From an uncultured Candidatus Saccharibacteria bacterium (lineage in GTDB: Bacteria; Patescibacteriota; Minisyncoccia; Phycocordibacterales; UBA9973): DNA of 64,000 nucleotides. Positions within the stretch are counted from its first letter, which is position 1. Every line of letters starts with the position of its first letter. Below, one piece after another: positions 58,035 to 64,000 of the stretch. Position numbers and translations under genes: made by a program. Under the pieces are notes generated by a model. That model saw only the letters and a program-made list of their open reading frames with translations, did no database searches and was not told the origin of the DNA. The DNA is taken from the NCBI GenBank assembly GCA_964446965.1, contig CAYUQD010000001.1:21586-85585 (forward strand). The letters are read 5' to 3'.

Positions 58035-58538
58035 ATGAAAACTGTCGTCGTTAACGACAAGATGCAGAAGGGATACAGGTACGTATTGACCGAACCAGTT
58101 GGCAAGAACTTTGATCCAGACTTCCGTCCCATGCTTACCCCAAAAGAAATGCTCCATCTCGGAGTATTCGGCGGCAAGTACATGACTGATTGTCAGAACG
58201 AATTTCCAAAGAGTTGGTTCAAACAGTCGCTCCTGTGTCCGGAGCGTCATGACCCTACGCTCAATTATTTTGGGGTCAATGCGAGCCAACCACTCTCTGT
58301 GTGGCAACAAAAAGGTTGGATATATCACGAGGATCCACGAGGTTGGTTCCAGTGGTATTGTCGCTACTATATGGGCCGCAGGATACCTGATGAGGACACA
58401 CGCCAGATCAAGCGCTGGCGGGCAATACGGCGCCATGTAGGGCAGGTACAAGCACACTGTAGAGCAGGAGATACGCATTGTCGCCCCAAGCAACGCCAAG
58501 CATTGCTCCACTGGGCATATGATAGTCGTGCTATCTAA
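58035..58538 (+). CDS. Conserved hypothetical protein (DPRGWFQWYCRYY family)
   Basis: TPKEMLHLGVFGGKY, DPRGWFQWYCRYYMGRR, RQIKRW, RQALLHWAYD. Confidence 0.8.
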   Translation: MKTVVVNDKMQKGYRYVLTEPVGKNFDPDFRPMLTPKEMLHLGVFGGKYMTDCQNEFPKSWFKQSLLCPERHDPTLNYFGVNASQPLSVWQQKGWIYHEDPRGWFQWYCRYYMGRRIPDEDTRQIKRWRAIRRHVGQVQAHCRAGDTHCRPKQRQALLHWAYDSRAI

Positions 58539-58546
58539 GTCCGGGA

Positions 58547-59257
58547 TTATGATTGCTTGAGGAGTGCAATATCTGCAGGAGAGAGCTTTTTTGCATTGCC
58601 TGGCTTCATACCAGCGCTCGTGAGATGTCCGATCTTTGTACGGACGAGTCCTTCTATCGTCAATTTGCACGCGTCAGCCATACGACGAATCTGATGTTTG
58701 CGCCCTTCGTGAAGGGTGATCTCAAATGAGGTCCGCGATTTGCGAACAACTGCCGCAGGTCTCGTCATCTGATCATCGAGCATGATGCCGCGCGACATGC
58801 GTTCGAGTGCACTGTCAGCGACGTTCTCTCGAACAGTGACGCGGTATGTCTTGCCGACGAGGGAGCCTTCTTGGGTGAGGGCCTTGGTCAAAGTACCATC
58901 ATTGGTGAGGATGATGAGGCCCTCAGTCTCCTTGTCGAGACGGCCAATGGGTGAGAGGTGTGCAAGTTTGGGATAGGCGCGATGAATGTCCTTTGCCTTG
59001 GGACTCGTTGCTGTTGTCTCGATACCGACGGGTTTAAAGAGGAGATATGTCTCCTTTTTGCCTTGCTCTCCTGCGAGCTCTATGGTGTCGCGATCAAGCA
59101 CCACCCCAAAGCCTGGTTCGGTGACGACCTTGCCGTTGACACGAACGTTACCACTGGCAATGAGCGCCTTGGCCTCACGGCGAGATGCCAGGCCTTGGTG
59201 GGCGAGCGCGCGCTCGAGTCGTTCGTGGCCTTTGGGGAGGGTGGAAGGGGATTTCAT
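58547..59257 (-). CDS. rRNA pseudouridine synthase (RsuA/RluB family, S4 domain)
   Basis: ASRRE, GRLDKETEGL, KTY, EGRKHQIRRM. Confidence 0.93.
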   Translation of the reverse strand: MKSPSTLPKGHERLERALAHQGLASRREAKALIASGNVRVNGKVVTEPGFGVVLDRDTIELAGEQGKKETYLLFKPVGIETTATSPKAKDIHRAYPKLAHLSPIGRLDKETEGLIILTNDGTLTKALTQEGSLVGKTYRVTVRENVADSALERMSRGIMLDDQMTRPAAVVRKSRTSFEITLHEGRKHQIRRMADACKLTIEGLVRTKIGHLTSAGMKPGNAKKLSPADIALLKQS

Positions 59258-59311
59258 GCAGGGAGTATAGCAAAAAAGGCGCTTTTGGCGCCTTTTAAAA
59301 AACTGTACATG

Positions 59312-59512
59312 TTAATATAGTTTCTTTGGCTTAGAAATTTTAGCCAACAACAGAGATAGTATGCCAAAGATAGGTATGAATGCTGCAGCGACTGTGAAGT
59401 ATGAAGGCCAGTAACCCCACTGCATTTCACGCATTAGGAGCGCACCAAATCCGGGAATTACAAAAAATATCAACATAAACACGATAATGCAAAAGAAAAT
59501 AGTATTATTCAT
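59312..59512 (-). CDS. Small hypothetical membrane protein
   Basis: 66 aa, two TM helices, AT-rich. Confidence 0.55.
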   Translation of the reverse strand: MNNTIFFCIIVFMLIFFVIPGFGALLMREMQWGYWPSYFTVAAAFIPIFGILSLLLAKISKPKKLY

Positions 59513-59591
59513 GATCTAGATTTTAAGAATGAATAAAAAGAATTTCTTTAGTTATACCTCATATCGCAAACAAAAAACAACCTTTTAAAAT

Positions 59592-60059
59592 TCAGGTTGT
59601 TGGGGGAGGTTGCCATATGCCATTGTGTGTTTTCACGACTGAGCCCTTTTTCAAAAAATTCTTACCATGACATTGATACGTTGCAGTTTTGAGATTTTTT
59701 GCAGAATTTTTGTCATCAGGATTATCAGGTGTGATCAATACCGTTATTGTGCAATGTTTGGGTACACGATCCTGCAAGTATGCTGTAATGATTTGCTTTG
59801 GCGATAGATCATCAGTACGAGCATTGAGTGTGCTACAAATCTCAATTACATCAATGTGATTGCTGATAACTTTCTTTGGATCAGAAGTGGTTTTTGATAA
59901 TCCTTTTAGCCATGAAAGCTTGAATTTTGGAATACCTAACACTGTATTAACCCATTTCCATTTGGAGATACTTGCAACCAACACCAATGCTATTGATAAG
60001 AAAACAATAATGAAACATAGGGCATGCCATACAATTGAGAATGAACTGGGGAGTGTCAT
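59592..60059 (-). CDS. Hypothetical membrane-anchored protein
   Basis: N-terminal TM; AT-rich. Confidence 0.55.
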   Translation of the reverse strand: MTLPSSFSIVWHALCFIIVFLSIALVLVASISKWKWVNTVLGIPKFKLSWLKGLSKTTSDPKKVISNHIDVIEICSTLNARTDDLSPKQIITAYLQDRVPKHCTITVLITPDNPDDKNSAKNLKTATYQCHGKNFLKKGSVVKTHNGIWQPPPTT

Positions 60060-60179
60060 AGGCTATAGATTTTTGTCTACTGTAGCACACTTTTCAGTTG
60101 ATTTTGGGAGATTTTATATTGCAATATATCATTTCTTTGTCAATACCATTTTTCTCCACATATGCTATAGTCGCCGTAT

Positions 60180-60530
60180 ATGCACGACAACAACAGACCC
60201 CTCTTGGTCACCCTCATCATTATCGGTATCCTTATCCTCATCGCCCTCGTCGGGCCTCGTATGCGCACGTACAGCTATCGTGGGTATGGCCTCACCGCAA
60301 GCGCTGTTCCGATGACCGTCGTCAATCGCGCGCCGGACAGTGTCTATTACACATTCTATCGATACATTCCATCTAGTCGTCCGACATACACACAGCAACA
60401 GAGCACCTACACGAGCTATAGCTACCCATCGACAACCCAATACTACCCAACATCAGGAGATGTAGTGTTTCCCGACGGATGCACACTCACCAGTCCAGTC
60501 AGTACAACAACTGGATTGCCGTGTAGTTAG
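60180..60530 (+). CDS. Hypothetical membrane-anchored Tyr/Thr-rich protein
   Basis: TM, Y/T/S-rich linker, C-terminal GC...S.TTG.PC mini-domain. Confidence 0.65.
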   Translation: MHDNNRPLLVTLIIIGILILIALVGPRMRTYSYRGYGLTASAVPMTVVNRAPDSVYYTFYRYIPSSRPTYTQQQSTYTSYSYPSTTQYYPTSGDVVFPDGCTLTSPVSTTTGLPCS

Positions 60531-60538
60531 GATGTAAT

Positions 60539-60571
60539 AAAAAACCACTCTCATTGCGAGAGTGGTTTTTT
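60539..60571. terminator. Bidirectional intrinsic terminator
   Basis: AAAAACCACTCTC-attgc-GAGAGTGGTTTTT. Confidence 0.8.
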
Positions 60572-60580
60572 ATAAAAGAT

Positions 60581-60958
60581 TTATGGTTGATTTGGAGTTC
60601 CGTAGAGGAAGTTATTACATATTGCTTGAGCTTGACCTGGAGATGATGTCTCTACTGAGATACCAGGAAGATTTTGCCAACTACCGAAAATCAAAAATCT
60701 TGGCTTCCAGTACTGATACCCATAGGTTGCAGTATTTCCATTTACTGTACAATATGGACGATCATCTTTTCTACGACCACTTTCAACTGCTGTACTCGTA
60801 GATACTTGTACTCCAGTACTCTTTGTGACAGGAGTAACATTAGTTGTAGGAGCAACTTTTGTTACTGCAGCAGGTTGCGTATCAAGAGTACCGTTAAATC
60901 CGAGACCAATCACAACAATAGCAACTATGACAACGATACCGATCAGTGCTTTTTTCAT
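60581..60958 (-). CDS. Hypothetical membrane-anchored protein
   Basis: N-terminal TM, Thr-rich stalk, two-Cys domain. Confidence 0.65.
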   Translation of the reverse strand: MKKALIGIVVIVAIVVIGLGFNGTLDTQPAAVTKVAPTTNVTPVTKSTGVQVSTSTAVESGRRKDDRPYCTVNGNTATYGYQYWKPRFLIFGSWQNLPGISVETSSPGQAQAICNNFLYGTPNQP

Positions 60959-61033
60959 TTTTATGTATAACTAATAATAATACCAGTAGTATACCCCAAA
61001 AAAATAACCCCGCATAAGATGCGAGGTATTACT

Positions 61034-61456
61034 TTAAGCTTGTGGAACGTAGATAACTACTCTCCCTTGTTTTTCGAGTCGCTTTAGGCGCTGTGTTGAG
61101 ACAGGGTATAGGCACCAGGCCTTGGGCCCAAATACCCCCAACCGCTTGTACCGCACAACTGCATTTGATCCGTCATACGATAAGAGAACGTGGTATTTGT
61201 TCACTACGAATAATTGCCCGAAACCATCCTTCCATACAAGTCTCCAGAGCGACAAGCCCTGAACCTTGCTCATTGACGGATAATCGGTTGGTCTGGCATC
61301 GATAGTGGTGTGCACTGGGTGTGGGACACCAACAGGAAGCGCCGGCTGGATCGAAATGTTTTCTATTTCTCGTGAGACGGAAGTGGTAGTGTGCAACAAT
61401 TGTGCTGAAGCAACAGTCCAAAAACACGTGCTGAAAATGATCATTATTTTTTTCAT
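61034..61456 (-). CDS. Secreted hypothetical protein
   Basis: Signal peptide ...ASA|Q; own minus-strand TTGACA promoter near 61506-61511. Confidence 0.6.
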   Translation of the reverse strand: MKKIMIIFSTCFWTVASAQLLHTTTSVSREIENISIQPALPVGVPHPVHTTIDARPTDYPSMSKVQGLSLWRLVWKDGFGQLFVVNKYHVLLSYDGSNAVVRYKRLGVFGPKAWCLYPVSTQRLKRLEKQGRVVIYVPQA

Positions 61457-61540
61457 TGTGAAGAAGTTTAGATGTTTATAACAAAGTACCTTATATAAGC
61501 AGTATTGTCAAATATATGACGCATGTTACACTTTCTCAAT

Positions 61541-62206
61541 ATGAACCTCTTGATCGTTGAGGATGATGACGCGGTGCGCGCGTTTCTCATTCGCGCATTA
61601 TCACAAGAAGGATATATCGTTGACGATGCGATCGATGGCAAGATCGCGCTACAAAAGGCCACACTCAACACATACGACCTCATCATCCTTGACTACAACC
61701 TTCCGTACAAAAATGGCAAAGAATTTTGCGAAGAGGTGCGATCATCTGGTATTGCGACACCTATCCTGATGCTCTCGGTCAAGGCCGATACGCTGACCAA
61801 GGTTGATATGCTCAATATCGGAGCCGATGACTACGTCACAAAGCCATTCGTATTTGGCGAGTTGCTGGCCCGCGTTCGCGCACTCTTGCGGCGACCGCTC
61901 CCGATCAAGGATACTGTCATACAAGTTGGTGATGTGATACTCGATACTGACAAACATCTCGTCACGACCAATGGTACAGAAGTACTACTCACTCCCAAGG
62001 AATTTTCATTACTCGAATATCTCATGTCTAACCACGGTCGTATCCTCTCGCGCATGTCCATACTCGAACACGTCTGGGGAGTGAATGCTGACCCATTCAC
62101 CAACACCATCGAGACACATGTATTCAACCTTCGCAAAAAGCTCGGTGACAAGGCGACCAAGGAACTTATCCACACGATCTCGGGAGTCGGATACAAGATG
62201 CAGTAA
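61541..62206 (+). CDS. OmpR/PhoB family response regulator
   Basis: LIVEDD, ILD, GADDYVTKPF, LTPKEF.LL, H..NLRKK, GVGY. Confidence 0.95.
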   Translation: MNLLIVEDDDAVRAFLIRALSQEGYIVDDAIDGKIALQKATLNTYDLIILDYNLPYKNGKEFCEEVRSSGIATPILMLSVKADTLTKVDMLNIGADDYVTKPFVFGELLARVRALLRRPLPIKDTVIQVGDVILDTDKHLVTTNGTEVLLTPKEFSLLEYLMSNHGRILSRMSILEHVWGVNADPFTNTIETHVFNLRKKLGDKATKELIHTISGVGYKMQ

Positions 62207-62230
62207 TAATTTTGCGATATACTGATACAT

Positions 62231-62309
62231 GAGATCCTCTGTGGTCGATGGGTCTTGGATCTAACAACAAATAACAGAGGAAGCCAGACTCCCATATACC
62301 TTCGGGTAT
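62231..62309 (+). other. Structured 5' leader of the peptide gene (possible pseudoknot + UUCG hairpin)
   Basis: CCTCTGT/ACAGAGG and ATGGGTCTTGG/CCAGACTCCCAT interleaved; ATACC-TTCG-GGTAT. Confidence 0.45.
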
Positions 62310-62318
62310 TGCATACGC

Positions 62319-62426
62319 ATGAATACTGTCATGAAAGAACTTCTGACGAATGTCGCATCTCGTACCAACGTTGCTGCAACAACCGCAAAAGTACTCAACG
62401 CAGGACAGCCTTGGGCTGGCGAATAG
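62319..62426 (+). CDS. Putative peptide pheromone precursor (31-35 aa, ComX-like C-terminal Trp)
   Basis: (MNTV)MKELLTNVASRTNVAATTAKVLNAGQPWAGE*; own TATACT promoter at 62218-23 and downstream hairpin; between RR and HK. Confidence 0.65.
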   Translation: MNTVMKELLTNVASRTNVAATTAKVLNAGQPWAGE

Positions 62427-62438
62427 TACTCCACAATA

Positions 62439-62475
62439 ATCACGCACAATCCGTTCTCAATTGTGTGTGATTTTG
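62439..62475 (+). terminator. Hairpin after the peptide gene (terminator or stabiliser)
   Basis: ATCACGCACAAT-N9-ATTGTGTGTGAT followed by TTT. Confidence 0.55.
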
Positions 62476-62478
62476 TCT

Positions 62479-63876
62479 ATGATATATACCTTTCTCAGTC
62501 GGATCGTCCGATCCGACGCTCCACATCCAGATACCGCACGCAGAGCATTCATTCTCAATGTATTGTTGCTGAGTTCGATGACACTCTTTGCGATCGCAAG
62601 TGTCCTCAGTATTGTGCTGTGGATATACAATCCTGGATCGGGACACAATTTCATTCATCCGGGTACGATCATCGCGATCACGTTGTGTATATTTCTCCTG
62701 TACTGGTTCTCGATACATGGATATTCCAAACTATCGGCTTATATACTCATCGCGATATTTTTTGGATTTGCATTCCTGATGGGGTACACGTGGGGACTCG
62801 AAGTCACTGCATCGCTCCTCATCTACACCCTCGTCATTGTGATGTCGGGTATCCTCATCAATACGCGATTTGCATTTGCTATCACCATAGTCATTGCAAT
62901 AGTACTCATTGGTCTCGGTCATATCCAAGACGTCGGCATCGTCATACCCGACTACCAATGGCGCCTCGATAGTTGGCAATTATCTGATACGATCATGACC
63001 GTCATTATATTCATGATCATCGCCACTGTGTCGTGGCTATCCAATAGAGAAATAGAGCGCACACTCATTCGCGCACAACACTCTGAGGAAGCACTTCGCA
63101 TCGAACGAGACAGCCTCGAAGTCACCGTCGAAGAACGAACCCGCGAACTCAAAGAAGCCCAACTCGAAAAGATACGGCAACTCTATAGCTTCGCAGAGTT
63201 TGGCAGACTGTCATCAGGATTATTCCATGACCTCATGAATCCGCTCACCGCTGTCTCACTCAATGTCGAGCGTGCAAAGAGTGAAGGTGAGGCGAGTGGT
63301 GGACTCTCAAAGGCGCAAGACTATCTCGATCAAGCCTTTGTAGCGGCACAACGTATGGAGCGATTTATTAGTGCAGTACACAAACAGATCGTAAAGAAAG
63401 GGGAGTGTACGACATTTTGCGCAGTCGACGAGGCGCGACAAGTCATCGACATCCTCTCATACAAGGCCTTGATCGCACGAGTAGAGCTCATACTCGACCC
63501 CTGCACTACGTGTGAGATCGCCGGAGATACTGTGCAATGGAACCAAGTCATGCTCAACCTCATCTCCAACGGCATCGATGCGTATGATGACATCACCCAC
63601 GATGATGGTATCGACCGCATTGTACGTATCACCTTCACCCCATGTGCAGATACACTGATCTGTACGATTAGAGACAATGGTGTTGGTATCGACCCTTGTA
63701 TTATTGACCAGATTTTTGATCCATTCTTTACGACCAAACGTGACCAATCAACCAAAGGTACTGGTATCGGCCTCTCGATCGTCAAGCAACTCGTCGAGAA
63801 GGAATTCAACGGCACCATCTCCGTACAGAGTACGCCCTACGTCGGCACTACCTTTACTATCGTCTTACCAATCTAA
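62479..63876 (+). CDS. Multi-TM sensor histidine kinase (HisKA/HATPase)
   Basis: About 6 TM helices; GLFHDLMNPL, NLISNGIDA, DNGVGI, IFDPFFTTK, GTGIGL. Confidence 0.93.
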   Translation: MIYTFLSRIVRSDAPHPDTARRAFILNVLLLSSMTLFAIASVLSIVLWIYNPGSGHNFIHPGTIIAITLCIFLLYWFSIHGYSKLSAYILIAIFFGFAFLMGYTWGLEVTASLLIYTLVIVMSGILINTRFAFAITIVIAIVLIGLGHIQDVGIVIPDYQWRLDSWQLSDTIMTVIIFMIIATVSWLSNREIERTLIRAQHSEEALRIERDSLEVTVEERTRELKEAQLEKIRQLYSFAEFGRLSSGLFHDLMNPLTAVSLNVERAKSEGEASGGLSKAQDYLDQAFVAAQRMERFISAVHKQIVKKGECTTFCAVDEARQVIDILSYKALIARVELILDPCTTCEIAGDTVQWNQVMLNLISNGIDAYDDITHDDGIDRIVRITFTPCADTLICTIRDNGVGIDPCIIDQIFDPFFTTKRDQSTKGTGIGLSIVKQLVEKEFNGTISVQSTPYVGTTFTIVLPI

Positions 63877-63887
63877 TTCTCACCAAT

Positions 63888-64000
63888 ATGAATACTACTA
63901 TTGCTAAACTTCTCGCAACACGAGATGTCAATTGGCGTTTTCCCAGCACGGTCTACGACACATTCTCGGCACTACATACTATTGCTCGGCACGATCCACA
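63888..64000 (+). CDS. Partial ORF running off the window
   Basis: MNTTIAKLLATRDVNWRFPSTVYDTFSALHTIARHDP...; starts 11 nt after the kinase stop, probably co-transcribed. Confidence 0.55.
   Translation, partial: MNTTIAKLLATRDVNWRFPSTVYDTFSALHTIARHDP

Noticed and set aside
84-63907. Numerous long antisense or alternate-frame ORFs (e.g. 6203-6955, 25378-26427, 41062-41760, 57921-58670)
   Set aside because: They overlap well-supported genes, lack motifs and are expected shadows of biased codon usage
1-64000. CRISPR array, tRNA/rRNA genes, transposases, integrases
   Set aside because: No regularly spaced repeats, cloverleafs, rRNA-like tracts or DDE/tyrosine-recombinase motifs were seen
1-64000. 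Alternative genetic code 25 (TGA=Gly)
   Set aside because: Core genes are full length under code 11 with no internal TGA

Overview
This window looks like chromosomal DNA from a reduced-genome Patescibacteria (CPR, Parcubacteria-like) bacterium using genetic code 11. The taxonomy is inferred from gene content: short AlaRS, archaeal-type AspRS, CPR-typical hypotheticals and SD-less starts. The backbone carries housekeeping genes: frr end, rseP, mltG, mnmA, alaS, infA-rpmJ-rpsMKD-rpoA-rplQ-rplM-rpsI, grpE/dnaK/dnaJ, lysS, cysS, rplU, recR, dnaB, trpS, aspS, scpAB-mraY-ftsW-murG and lexA. It is interrupted by many AT-rich single-gene cassettes, each with a TTGAC-N16/17-TAnnnT promoter and an intrinsic terminator. 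No tRNA, rRNA, CRISPR array, transposase or integrase was seen. Six observations stand out. (1) An unannotated 31-35 aa peptide ending ...NAGQPWAGE lies between a response regulator and a multi-TM histidine kinase, a candidate ComX-like peptide-signalling locus. (2) A ~235-nt structured transcript after rpsI carries a tmRNA-like tag frame (ATFAEALRAA*). (3) A GRDP-type His-rich domain is fused to Cys-rich repeats, next to an ABC exporter, a Cys-protease-like protein and an M16 peptidase (RiPP-like). (4) A perfect GAAC-N4-GTTC LexA box sits in the promoter of two unknown small genes plus lexA. (5) The dnaJ 3' end is duplicated around an inserted gene. (6) Some secreted-protein cassettes look Bacteroidota-like. 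All calls come from reading the sequence; no searches were run.
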